64,000 nucleotides of DNA from Polyangia bacterium (GTDB lineage: Bacteria > Myxococcota_A > Polyangia > JAAYKL01): contig JBNLED010000252.1 of NCBI GenBank assembly GCA_050304755.1, positions 2,210 through 66,209 on the forward strand, written 5' to 3'. This document shows positions 39,978-52,329 of the stretch, piece after piece (position 1 is the first letter of the stretch; the number at the start of each line of letters is the position of its first letter). Below the pieces are notes generated by a model that had not been told where the DNA came from, searched no databases, and worked only from the letters and a program-made list of their open reading frames with translations. The position numbers were made by a program, and so were the translations under genes.

Positions 39978-41231
39978 CTACTTCCGACGGAGCCGCCAGC
40001 CGATGCGGAAGAGCTTGTCCGCGCCGGTGTCCGCGAGCAGGACCTCGGGGGGGCGGCGCTCCTGTTTCCGTCCGATGAGGAATGCGAGCCCCTCCGCGCA
40101 GACGTCGAGGACCTCGCGGGCGGCGTCCAGCGGGCGTATCGGCGAATAGGCGCTGCCGCGGCCGGCGAGGAAGAGATTGGCCAGGTAGGCGAGCTCCCGC
40201 ATTCGTCGATCGTGGCGATCCGGACGGGTCTCGGCGAGGGCCAGGAGCGCTGCGCGAAGTCTGTCCGACACGGTCGGGGCGGCCTCGGTCTCGGACAGCA
40301 GGGGCGTGGGGGGCGGCCAGACGCCGGCTTCCTTCAGCTGTCGACCGAGGCGTCCCGCGATCGTATTGTTTCCGTTCTCGTTTCGGGCGAGGTCCGCGTT
40401 GCGGGAGTCCTTCACCTCGGCAATCTCCCTAAAGTAGGCCCGGGTGACGGGATCCTGGTCTTCGTCATCGATTATCGCCGACAGATCGGTGACCTCCGCC
40501 AGCCTGAGGAACGCCGCCGCGTCGGAGGGCGCCACATGTCCCTTTGCGGCCCGCCGGTCCGCGCGATCCGCGGCCGCGTCCTCGAACAGCATCTCCTCGG
40601 CGGTGAGCACATTGTAGAGCCCGCCGTTCTCCTCGATGACCTCCGACGACGCGTAGCAGCAGTGGGAGAGGATGCGCCGGAGCAGATCCGGCTGGCGGTC
40701 GTCGAGGGCGATGAGGGCGGTGAGGATGGTGTCCCATCCCCGCTCCCCGAGTCCCACGATGCCGTACTCGTCGAACTCGTGGCTGAGGGCGCTCTCCAGG
40801 ACCTTGTCGGTGACGTCTTCCTCGTCCGGATTCGCCGCGGCCGCCAGGTCGTCGAGGTTGAGCACGAGCATGCGTCGGGAGAAGGCCAGGAAGACCAGAT
40901 CCTCGGGGAGCTCGGCGAGCCGCTCCGCCAGCGCGATCTCCCCCGCCTCCGTCAGGATCTCCAGCCACAGGACGAACCGCTCGTCATCGAATTCTTCTTC
41001 GGCTCCCGGACGCTCGTTCTTCCAGAGCTCCTCGTCGAAGACGCGCAGGAGCTGTTCCGTGCTGGCGAGGGCGATGATCTCCCCGCAATCCTCCAGCCCG
41101 ACGGTGTCGATGAGCCGACCGAGGGCCTCCGGAGGAAGGGCGCGGATGGCCTTCGAGAGGCCGGGCGCTTCGAGCAGGGAACGCATCAGCCCGGTCGAGG
41201 ATGGCCGCAGTGAGGGGTTGAGGAGTGTCAT
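39978..41231 (-). CDS. Conserved hypothetical protein (DUF6178-like)
   Basis: VGLEDCGEIIALASTEQL...FDEELW, LAYLAN, FRIGW motifs recalled for this family. Confidence 0.6.
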   Translation of the reverse strand: MTLLNPSLRPSSTGLMRSLLEAPGLSKAIRALPPEALGRLIDTVGLEDCGEIIALASTEQLLRVFDEELWKNERPGAEEEFDDERFVLWLEILTEAGEIALAERLAELPEDLVFLAFSRRMLVLNLDDLAAAANPDEEDVTDKVLESALSHEFDEYGIVGLGERGWDTILTALIALDDRQPDLLRRILSHCCYASSEVIEENGGLYNVLTAEEMLFEDAAADRADRRAAKGHVAPSDAAAFLRLAEVTDLSAIIDDEDQDPVTRAYFREIAEVKDSRNADLARNENGNNTIAGRLGRQLKEAGVWPPPTPLLSETEAAPTVSDRLRAALLALAETRPDRHDRRMRELAYLANLFLAGRGSAYSPIRPLDAAREVLDVCAEGLAFLIGRKQERRPPEVLLADTGADKLFRIGWRLRRK

Positions 41232-41238
41232 CCCTTCT

Positions 41239-42429
41239 CTATGGTTTCTTCGCGTACTCGGGCTTCAGCTTCGGGGCCTCCCGCCACATTGGGGTGAAGG
41301 TGAAGTTGAGGAGCACGCCGACATTATCGTAGGAGGAGTTCTTGTTGCCCACCACCGGGAGCCAGGCGCGGAGCCCCACACCGAAGAGCCGGCTCACCGG
41401 GAACGCGTCGAACCCGGGCTCCAGGGCGAAGACGAAGTGCCTGGACCGGCCGCTGCCGGGGACGCGTTCCACGTCCCGCCGCCCCTCGATGAACCCGTCC
41501 TCCTCGGACTCGTAGTCATAGATGTCCTCCCAGTCGTTGTCTGCGTCATAGATGTGCCAGGTGAACTGCGTGGCGCTGTATCCCGCGTGGATGTTCAAAT
41601 AGGGGACGATCCGCTTGAACGGCCACTGGAAGCGCACGAACCCGCCGAGGTTGCCCCAGAACTTGGATCCGAGGTATTTGTAGTCGTCCTCATCGTCGCT
41701 TCCGACCAGATACGCCTCCCGGTTGGTCGCGGCGGTGAACGCGGTCTTGAAGTTGATGCCGACACCGACCCACTTCAGGAACATGTATCCCACCTGCAGG
41801 TCCAGCATGAGCCCCATGTCGGGGTCGAAGGGCACGTCCCCATAAGTGGTGGAGCGGGCCTCCTCGGAGGGCACGCGGTAGTTCGGCAGTGCCACGCCGA
41901 AGCCGAAGTTGACCATTAGCCCAGGGGCCTTGTCCGCGGGCTCCGGCCGGACATACATCTGCCGCTTGCAGTATCGGGTCAGCTGACAGGCGCTCTCGTG
42001 GCAGTCCACGAGGCCGTTCTTGTCGTTGTCCACGCCGTCCTTGCACTGCCAGGCCTGCTCCGGCCGGGGCGGCGGCGTCACCAGAATCCGGGGCTCGGGG
42101 GGCGCTGCCGCCTTGGCGTCGACGCAGATCGCGTAGATTTCACAATCCTGATCGTCGCAGTCCGCGTGTCCGTCCAGATCGTTGTCAACCTCATCCTGGC
42201 AGAGCTCCAGCGTGTTCTCGGGGTGCGGATCCGGGGGCGGCGTCGCCTCCTCCGCCTCCTCGGGCGGGACCTCGTCCGGCGCCTCCCCATCCCCGGCAGG
42301 GGCGGGCGAGGCCGCCGCTTCATCTTCCGGATCCGCCGGCGAAACCCGCTTCGCCTGTGCGTATCCCACCATCGAGACGACCAGGAGGGCCATGACGATC
42401 CCTATCTGAATCCATTGCTTATGTCTCAT
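41239..42429 (-). CDS. Secreted/outer-membrane protein with Cys-Asp (CxDxxDNDxxGxxDC) repeats and C-terminal beta-barrel
   Basis: Signal peptide; CQDEVDNDLDGHADCDDQDC and CKDGVDNDKNGLVDCHESAC; amphipathic strands; RBS AAGGAG. Confidence 0.7.
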   Translation of the reverse strand: MRHKQWIQIGIVMALLVVSMVGYAQAKRVSPADPEDEAAASPAPAGDGEAPDEVPPEEAEEATPPPDPHPENTLELCQDEVDNDLDGHADCDDQDCEIYAICVDAKAAAPPEPRILVTPPPRPEQAWQCKDGVDNDKNGLVDCHESACQLTRYCKRQMYVRPEPADKAPGLMVNFGFGVALPNYRVPSEEARSTTYGDVPFDPDMGLMLDLQVGYMFLKWVGVGINFKTAFTAATNREAYLVGSDDEDDYKYLGSKFWGNLGGFVRFQWPFKRIVPYLNIHAGYSATQFTWHIYDADNDWEDIYDYESEEDGFIEGRRDVERVPGSGRSRHFVFALEPGFDAFPVSRLFGVGLRAWLPVVGNKNSSYDNVGVLLNFTFTPMWREAPKLKPEYAKKP

Positions 42430-42528
42430 TTTTGTCTCCTTTTTGCTTGGAGTTGTATTCTCGCTTCCATTATAGATAACAAAACCCTGGGGGAAATATG
42501 TCACCCTGTTGATCTCTATGAGGTAGTC

Positions 42529-44451
42529 ATGACCATTTCAACAGAAACTCACAAGTTTGAAGCAGAAACCGGCCAACTCCTGGACTTGATGATCAGTGCG
42601 GTCTATTCGAGTAAGGAGATCTTCTTAAGGGAGCTCATCTCCAACGCCTCGGACGCGCTCGACAAGCTCCGCTTCGAGATGCTGACCGATGATGCGCTGA
42701 AGAGCACCGAGACCGAACCGGAGATTCGCCTGGAGGTCGCCGAGGGGCAGCGGGTGCTCAAGGTTCATGACAACGGCATCGGCATGTCAAAGGAGGAGCT
42801 TCAGAAAAACATCGGAACCATTGCGAAATCCGGTACCAAGGAGCTCCTCTCCAGGCTGCGGGAGGCGAAGACGGTGGATGTCCCCCCTGACTTGATCGGT
42901 CAATTCGGGGTCGGGTTCTACGCCTGTTTCATGGTCGCCGAGAAGGTGGAGATCGAGACCCGGCGGGCCGGAAGTGACGAGAGTACCCGTTGGGAGTCCA
43001 AGGGGGGCAGCGAGTACACCGTCGCGGCCGGAGCTCGGGAGACTCAAGGGACGACCGTAACGCTCCATCTGAGACCCGTCGACGAGGAGAACGGCCTGGA
43101 GGACTACACGAACGAATGGGTCTTGAAGCGCATCGTGAAGGAACACTCTGATTTCGTGCGGTATCCCGTCCTTCTGAAGACCCGGAAGGAGAAGGGGGAG
43201 GGCGATAAAAAAGAGACGGTCTTCGAGGACGAGGTGCTCAACTCCCAGAAGGCCCTCTGGCTGAAGTCGAGAAGTGATGTCACGGATGAGGAATACAACG
43301 AATTCTACAAACATATCTCCCACGATTGGACCGAGCCCCTCACCCACGTCTCAATGCAGGCGGAGGGGCGGTTCGAGTATCGCTCGCTCCTGTTCATTCC
43401 CGCCCACGCGCCCCTCGACCTCTTCTACAGGGGGTACGAACGGGGGCTTCAGTTATATGTGAAAAATGTAAAAATTTTAGACCGTTGTGAAGAGCTGATC
43501 CCGGAATATCTCCGCTTTGTGAAGGGGGTGGTGGATTCACCGGACATGCCGCTCAACCTCTCCCGGGAGATGGTGCAGTTCAGTCGTCACACGGCCCAGA
43601 TCAGGAGCGCGTTGACCAAGAAGGTCCTCGATACGCTGAAGCAGACAATGGAGAATGACCGCGAGAAGTACACGGGGTTCTTCAAAGAGCTCGGCGCGGT
43701 GCTGAAGGAGGGGATCGCCTCTCAACCCAAGGACAAGGACAAGCTCATCGACCTGATGCTCTTCGAGTCCTCGGCCGACACCGAGAAGCTCACCTCCCTC
43801 GAAGAGTACCTCGCCAGAATGAAGGAGGGGCAAACCGAAATCTATTATATGACAGGCGAGTCCAGGGCGGCGATTGAAGGCTCTCCGCACCTCGAAGGGG
43901 CGCGGAGCAAGGGGTACGAGATTCTGTACATGACGGATCCAGTGGATGAGTTCATCCTGCCGTCGCTGACCGAGTATCGAGAGAAGAAGCTCAAATCCAT
44001 CAGCAAGGGCGAGGTCGATTTTGTATCGGAGGACGATAAAGAGGGCGTCAAGGAGAGCTTCGAGGACAGAATAAAGAGCTTCGAGCCGTTTCTGAAGGCT
44101 CTTCAGAAGGAGCTCGACGACGATGTGAGCGAGGTCCGGCTCTCGAAGCGATTGACCACCTCCGCGGCGTGTCTCGTGGGCTCGGAGGCCGGGTTCAGCC
44201 CTCATGTGGAACGGCTGATGGCGAAGAACAAGATGGATATCCCGAAGCAGAAACGGATTCTGGAGATCAATCCGGAACACGAAATAGTTCAGAAGTTGAA
44301 GGCCCGGTTCGATGTCCGACCGACTGATCTCGAGCTGGCGGACAACGCCCGACTGCTTCACGGGCAGGCCCTCCTCGCGGAGGGGTCTGTGCTCTCTGAT
44401 CCTGCGGGGTTCGCGACCCTCCTGGCGAAGCTTATGGCCCGGTCCCTCTAA
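42529..44451 (+). CDS. htpG: Molecular chaperone HtpG (Hsp90)
   Basis: FLRELISNASDALDK, DNGIGM, IGQFGVGFY, FVKGVVDS, LEINPEH; RBS GAGG before ATG 42529. Confidence 0.97.
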   Translation: MTISTETHKFEAETGQLLDLMISAVYSSKEIFLRELISNASDALDKLRFEMLTDDALKSTETEPEIRLEVAEGQRVLKVHDNGIGMSKEELQKNIGTIAKSGTKELLSRLREAKTVDVPPDLIGQFGVGFYACFMVAEKVEIETRRAGSDESTRWESKGGSEYTVAAGARETQGTTVTLHLRPVDEENGLEDYTNEWVLKRIVKEHSDFVRYPVLLKTRKEKGEGDKKETVFEDEVLNSQKALWLKSRSDVTDEEYNEFYKHISHDWTEPLTHVSMQAEGRFEYRSLLFIPAHAPLDLFYRGYERGLQLYVKNVKILDRCEELIPEYLRFVKGVVDSPDMPLNLSREMVQFSRHTAQIRSALTKKVLDTLKQTMENDREKYTGFFKELGAVLKEGIASQPKDKDKLIDLMLFESSADTEKLTSLEEYLARMKEGQTEIYYMTGESRAAIEGSPHLEGARSKGYEILYMTDPVDEFILPSLTEYREKKLKSISKGEVDFVSEDDKEGVKESFEDRIKSFEPFLKALQKELDDDVSEVRLSKRLTTSAACLVGSEAGFSPHVERLMAKNKMDIPKQKRILEINPEHEIVQKLKARFDVRPTDLELADNARLLHGQALLAEGSVLSDPAGFATLLAKLMARSL

Positions 44452-44653
44452 ACCGTACGGATTCGGCCGGATTTTTTACAGAACTTCAGTTTAGTGTCAA
44501 AATGATACAACTTTGGGTCTGAAAAATTTTTGGCAGATTTGTATATATTTAATTTAATTTATAAATATTGGAAGATTGACTTTGATTTGTCTCCATGAGA
44601 TATTTTTTTGAGCTTTAGTTTGTGTCAAGTACTGAACGTACCGGAGAATACAC

Positions 44654-47218
<2,565 letters not shown>

Positions 47219-47258
47219 TGCCTTGTCAGGCCTACGTCTTCGGCCATAAAAGGGGAAG

Positions 47259-48347
47259 ATGAAGCTACTTGTTCCGATTGCCGTCACTCTGATTGCGATT
47301 TCGGCGCGTCCTCTCGCGGCCCAGGAGCTCCCGCGGGTGGTTCTCCTCTCGGTGGTGAGCCGGGAGCCTTCAGGCAAAGCGGTCGGCGACCTCTTGAAGG
47401 CGCAACTGGCGGAGATTGAAATCGGCCTCGAGGTGACGGCTGTCGAGCTCGGGAGAGCCCCGCTGGGACCTTCCGGATGGTTGAAACGCGCAGAGACCTC
47501 ACGCGCGCCGGGGACGGTGGCCGTTTTCGGATACTCGTGTAAAGAGAAGAAGTGCAGCCTGCATATCATCGATCCTGAGAACAAGAGTTCTTCGCGGCTT
47601 CCGGTACGTCCCCGGTCCGGTACATCTCGTACAGAGGCCCTCGCCGCGACCATACGGGAGGCGTTGATCGGCCCTCTGCTTCCGGAGATGAAGCGGCTCA
47701 TCGGTGAGGGGGCGGACCCCTCGACGCCCCGGCGTTCCGGGGAGAGCCCCTGGGGGGAATTCAAGAATAAGCGAGGGAAACCGAAGAAACAGAACCATCC
47801 GTGGCTTTGGACGGACGGCGGCTACATCGGTGACCACGCCCACAAGGAGGGGCATCCGCTGCACGGACCGTGGATAGGCCTCGCGATGGAGCCGGTGGAG
47901 CTGCTGGGCGTGATGCTCTCTGTCGGTTGGCTCGGCATCCGCCGGGCCGAGGTGGAGACCGCCGGCGCCAGCGTACAACGGCTCTTTTTCTCAATGTCGC
48001 TGCCGCTGATCCTCCCCGTGGGACCGGCGCGAATCTCCCTCGCCCCTACCGGTCGCTTCGACGTGGCGTTCGCCGATATCGACAATACAGGGCGAGCTGA
48101 CGAACGGCTGAACCGGTTCGAGTTTCAGCTCGGCGGTCTCTCCGTCTGGCATCTCCCCCTCTCCTGGAGGTTGGAGATCTTCGTCGGCGCCGGGGTGCTC
48201 GTGTCCGTCATCAGCGAGGAGACAAAGGTCAGCATCTCGGAGAATCAGCGGGTTACGGCGATCCCCGCGAGCACCCTCCGCCTGACGTGGCTCATGGGAT
48301 TCGCGTGGAGCCCTCTCCGACCGAGACTAGAACAGGAGGAAGAATGA
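47259..48347 (+). CDS. Hypothetical exported protein, probable C-terminal outer-membrane beta-barrel
   Basis: Signal peptide, amphipathic beta-strands; lies directly after the kinase. Confidence 0.6.
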   Translation: MKLLVPIAVTLIAISARPLAAQELPRVVLLSVVSREPSGKAVGDLLKAQLAEIEIGLEVTAVELGRAPLGPSGWLKRAETSRAPGTVAVFGYSCKEKKCSLHIIDPENKSSSRLPVRPRSGTSRTEALAATIREALIGPLLPEMKRLIGEGADPSTPRRSGESPWGEFKNKRGKPKKQNHPWLWTDGGYIGDHAHKEGHPLHGPWIGLAMEPVELLGVMLSVGWLGIRRAEVETAGASVQRLFFSMSLPLILPVGPARISLAPTGRFDVAFADIDNTGRADERLNRFEFQLGGLSVWHLPLSWRLEIFVGAGVLVSVISEETKVSISENQRVTAIPASTLRLTWLMGFAWSPLRPRLEQEEE

Positions 48348-48916
48348 ACGGATCCAATCTATACGAAGACCTTTTGAAACAGCGGTTTCAGACCCTGCGG
48401 ATCCTGTGGATCATGATGACGGTGTCTATCGCAATCTACTGCGTCGTCGGCATCATCGTCTCGATGAACGGAGACGCTTCCGGGGATATCGGGGGCCTCC
48501 GTTTGGGGTTGGATGCCGTCGCCGTCTCGAGCGCCTTGGGCTCCGTGGTGTTCAAAATGGTTGCCTTTTCGAGGGATCGACTGGCGGAACGCCTGAAACA
48601 GCCGGTGAATCTGGAGGCGCAGGCGACCCGTCGCGACACCGGGGCGGTCGATGGGGAGCAACTCGAAAAGCTCGAGTCGTTGAGCGACCCGGAGCGGAAG
48701 GTCTACGGCCTCATCGGCTGGTACCAGTTTCGGTTCGTGATCCTCCTCGCGCTCCACGAATCCATCGCGATCTACGGGCTGATATTGACTATTGTGACGC
48801 ACCAGGTGGAAGAGATGCTTCCCTTCGCGGCCGTGGCGCTGTTTCTGAACATCCGCCTGTTCTCCCATCCGAGGCTCGTCGTTGAAGAGTGTGAATCTCT
48901 CGTATCACCCCAATGA
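48344..48916 (+). CDS. Hypothetical 4-TM membrane protein
   Basis: ATGA overlap with upstream gene; ALHESIAIYGL. Confidence 0.7.
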   Translation: MNGSNLYEDLLKQRFQTLRILWIMMTVSIAIYCVVGIIVSMNGDASGDIGGLRLGLDAVAVSSALGSVVFKMVAFSRDRLAERLKQPVNLEAQATRRDTGAVDGEQLEKLESLSDPERKVYGLIGWYQFRFVILLALHESIAIYGLILTIVTHQVEEMLPFAAVALFLNIRLFSHPRLVVEECESLVSPQ

Positions 48917-48996
48917 ACCCTCCCTCCTACCGTTCATTCGGTGAATGAAGGAATTGTATTTTTTCTCTATTTTAGTAAAATAGCCTCGTAGATGGT

Positions 48997-50559
48997 TTGT
49001 CAAGCAACGAGGGGGTCTCTTTGAAAGTGGCTGTTGATGATTGGGTCGGGCGGATTCTGGACGAGAAATATGAAATCGTCCGTCTGCTCGGCCACGGGGG
49101 GATGGGCTCGGTGTTCGAGGCCGTGCATCTCGTGTTGCAGCGCCATGTCGCCATCAAGATTCTCCAGCCTCAGGAGGCCCAGAAACCTGCTTCCGTGCAG
49201 CGATTCATTCGGGAGGGGCAGGTCACCAGCTCCATCAACCATCCCAACGTCGTCGATGTACAGGACTTCGGTCGGGAGGGCGCGACCTTCTACATCGTGA
49301 TGGAGCTTTTAAAGGGTGATTCCCTCCAGTCGGTGCTGAACTATCGGGGGGTCCTTCCGGCGGACCACGCCATCGCCATCACCCTCCAGATCCTCTCCGC
49401 GCTCAGTGTGGCGCATGCCAAGGGGATTATTCACCGCGACTTGAAGCCGGATAATGTATTTCTATCAGCGAGCCTCAGAGGGGAGCACGTGAAGATAATG
49501 GATTTCGGGGTGGCGAAGTACAAGACGCCCAACCAGGCGGACCTTCGCCTCACCGCGACGGGGACGGTGCTCGGGACCCCGTACTATCTGGCGCCGGAGC
49601 AGGCGAGCGGCGGAAAGAACATCGATGAGCGGATTGACCTCTGGTCCGTCGGGGTGATGCTCTACGAGATGCTGACCGGCGGCGTCCCTTTCAAAGGGGA
49701 CAACTACAACGAGGTGGTGAGCAATATCCTGCTCAAGGAGCCCGTCTCCTTGAAGTCCCTCAATCCCGAGGTTCCAAGAGATCTCGTCAAGATCATGGAG
49801 AAGGCGTTGGCAAAAGACAAGGCGGATCGCTACGAGAGCGCGAGCGCGATGATGACGGAACTGCTCTCCGTCAGCCATCAGATGGAGTATTTCATCAGCA
49901 CCGGGGTGATGCGAGCGCTCCAGACGTCCCTCTCTCCGCCGTCGCCGGTCGGCAGGGTGTACGACGCGTTTCGGGAGACCTGTGACAGCGGCGAGGAGAC
50001 GGACGGACAGAACATGATGGAGATAGCGGATTCCCAGCCCCTCCCCGCCTTGCGCCGACCGCGCTTCGCCGTGAGCCTGATGATCGCCGCCGGGATCATC
50101 GTCTTGCTCTCCATGGTCATCGCGACCTCTCTCCGACGCGAGGAGACCGCCCGGCTGGAACGATCGATCACCATTACCGTGCCTCCCGCTAAGGTCGAGG
50201 CCGCCCCCGGGCGGAGCTCGGCCGACGAGGCGGGGCCGGAGGCTCGAGACGATCTGAAGGAATCGAATACCGTCACCATCGACATTCAGGGAATCCCCGA
50301 GGGCGCGAAGACCACCCTGGATGGCGTGGCGTCCATGCCGCCGCTGGTGATCCCCCGATCCGACACCCCTATGACCTTGAAAATACGGGCTCCCGGCTTT
50401 ATTACGGTTGACCGGGTGGTCGTTCCGTCCAAGAATCAAATAATAGCGGTTGGAATGACGAAAGCGCGATCCAAACCGCGGAATCCCAAGCCGAGGAGCG
50501 AGCGGGAAAAAAAGACGGAAGATGCAAAGAGCTGGCGTGCGAATCCATTTGATAACTAG
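48997..50559 (+). CDS. Membrane Ser/Thr protein kinase
   Basis: LGHGGMG, HRDLKPDN, DFGVAK, GTPYYLAPEQ; TM; PEGA-like domain; start may be TTG 49021. Confidence 0.92.
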   Translation: MSSNEGVSLKVAVDDWVGRILDEKYEIVRLLGHGGMGSVFEAVHLVLQRHVAIKILQPQEAQKPASVQRFIREGQVTSSINHPNVVDVQDFGREGATFYIVMELLKGDSLQSVLNYRGVLPADHAIAITLQILSALSVAHAKGIIHRDLKPDNVFLSASLRGEHVKIMDFGVAKYKTPNQADLRLTATGTVLGTPYYLAPEQASGGKNIDERIDLWSVGVMLYEMLTGGVPFKGDNYNEVVSNILLKEPVSLKSLNPEVPRDLVKIMEKALAKDKADRYESASAMMTELLSVSHQMEYFISTGVMRALQTSLSPPSPVGRVYDAFRETCDSGEETDGQNMMEIADSQPLPALRRPRFAVSLMIAAGIIVLLSMVIATSLRREETARLERSITITVPPAKVEAAPGRSSADEAGPEARDDLKESNTVTIDIQGIPEGAKTTLDGVASMPPLVIPRSDTPMTLKIRAPGFITVDRVVVPSKNQIIAVGMTKARSKPRNPKPRSEREKKTEDAKSWRANPFDN

Positions 50560-51415
50560 ACGATATCTCAAAATCCTTGGGGGCGTGTGTCTGCTGTGGG
50601 GGTTCAATGCCGCGCCGGCGTGGTCCGATACCCTTTCGGAGTGTCCGGAGCCCCCGGCGGACGAATCCGCCCGGCGCAAGCTGGCGGGGGAGTGGTTCGC
50701 CACGGCCCAGTCGTTCGTGGAGGATGAGCGTTTTCCCGACGCGGTCCGGGCGTTCGAGTGCTCTATTCTCATGGTGGAGCACCCCGATACGATCTTCAAC
50801 GCCGCTCGGGCGGCCAAGCTGGCCGGGGATGCCGCAGCGGCGGTTCGATACGCCGGTCTCTATCTCGAGAAGAGACCCGAGGGAGAGGTGGCGGAGGAGG
50901 CCCGGCTCATCATCGAGGAGCTGGGGGATTCGGTGAAGTCTCCCGAGCCGGAGACCCCCGAGCCCGGGGACACGCCGCCGGAGACCCCCGAGCCCGAAGA
51001 CCATGACGTCGAGGCGCCCGAGCCCCCGCCCGTCGAGGCGTCCGAACAGGTGTCCGACGCGGGGACGACGGTTGATCAGAACCCGCCTCCGGCGAAACCG
51101 CAGCGCCCCAAGCTCGCCATCGCCGGGATCACGGCATTGGGGGTCGGCGGTGCGGGGGTCGTGGTGGGGGCGGTCATGCAGGGGCTCGCCTCGAACGCGT
51201 GGGCGAGCGGCAACTCCACGACGAGCTATCGCGATTTCAAAGAATACAACCGCAAGATGGAGCGCTTTCAGACCGGGGCGCTGGTGGGGCTCATCGCGGG
51301 GGGGGTCGTCGCGGGAGCCGGGCTGACCATGCTGCTGCTCCAGCGGGGCGGCGAGACGAAACAGGTCGCCCTCGAGGTTGCTCCGGGGGGGCTGATCGTA
51401 TCCGGGAGGTTCTAA
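50549..51415 (+). CDS. Exported TPR protein with C-terminal Gly-rich hydrophobic hairpin
   Basis: Signal peptide, TPR helices (FNAARA, YLEKRP), PE-rich linker, ends GGLIVSGRF; start approximate. Confidence 0.75.
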   Translation: MITRRYLKILGGVCLLWGFNAAPAWSDTLSECPEPPADESARRKLAGEWFATAQSFVEDERFPDAVRAFECSILMVEHPDTIFNAARAAKLAGDAAAAVRYAGLYLEKRPEGEVAEEARLIIEELGDSVKSPEPETPEPGDTPPETPEPEDHDVEAPEPPPVEASEQVSDAGTTVDQNPPPAKPQRPKLAIAGITALGVGGAGVVVGAVMQGLASNAWASGNSTTSYRDFKEYNRKMERFQTGALVGLIAGGVVAGAGLTMLLLQRGGETKQVALEVAPGGLIVSGRF

Positions 51416-52209
51416 TGATGCGATGGCCGAATCGATTGGCGGCGGGGTTTCTCGGGCTGCTCTTCACGGCATGCACCCTCGTCCCCGGTGAGGGGCAGTT
51501 CGTCTGCAGCGATGACACCGACTGCCCGGACGGATGGTCGTGCCAGGAGAAGCGATGCTACACGGTCGGCGATGACTCGAGGCGGGATACCGGCAGCGGA
51601 GAGGACACCGAACCCGACACGGGGGACACCGGGGAGACCACCACCGAAGGGGAGACCGCCTCACAGACCGAGACCGATGAGCCGACGGACGGCACCGGGA
51701 CGGAGCGGGGGACCGGCTCCGATAGCGCGGATACCGGGTTTCCCACTGATACGGAGGGATCCACCGCCAGCGTGACGGATAGGTCCACAGAAACGCAACC
51801 GTCCAGCGATACCGATCCCGGGGGGAGTGACACGGAGACGGCGACCCCGGTCGACACGGAGACGGCGACCGATACCGCCGTTCCGGATACCGGGACCGGG
51901 CCGATGGATACCAACTGTGAGTGCGTGACCGGCCCCTGCTGTCGAGACGACTGCCAGTTCTACAAGTCCAATGAACGTCATATCTGCGATACCCTGACGA
52001 AATTGCAGTGCAAGAAGATCGATTGCGGCAGCAGCATCGAGGAGGTTACCTCTGTGCGGCGATGTCTCGGCGGTACGAACGAGTGTACCGGGAATCTCGT
52101 GCCGGATCCGGCCTCCAGGACGGACGTGACGGACTGCTCCGCCACCCAGGTCTGCGTCCATGACACTGCGTCCGATCCCATCTGTGAGGAGGATACCAGC
52201 TGCCTCTGA
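51415..52209 (+). CDS. Cys-rich lipoprotein with Thr/Asp linker
   Basis: TAATG overlap with upstream stop, lipobox FTAC, CSDDTDCPDGWSC, multi-Cys C-terminal domain. Confidence 0.78.
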   Translation: MMRWPNRLAAGFLGLLFTACTLVPGEGQFVCSDDTDCPDGWSCQEKRCYTVGDDSRRDTGSGEDTEPDTGDTGETTTEGETASQTETDEPTDGTGTERGTGSDSADTGFPTDTEGSTASVTDRSTETQPSSDTDPGGSDTETATPVDTETATDTAVPDTGTGPMDTNCECVTGPCCRDDCQFYKSNERHICDTLTKLQCKKIDCGSSIEEVTSVRRCLGGTNECTGNLVPDPASRTDVTDCSATQVCVHDTASDPICEEDTSCL

Positions 52210-52329
52210 CTTCGCCTCGCCCCCGTTGAAAATCGACATATTGGAATTGATTTTTCTTTGTCACGATAAAAGCTATATAGAGGTACATATTTGGAATTTA
52301 AAAGGGATTGGTGCGGCCACTGATGGAAG

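Noticed and set aside
41998-42528. N-terminal extension of HtpG in the ORF track
   Set aside because: Overlaps the real minus-strand gene; HtpG homology and the RBS point to ATG 42529
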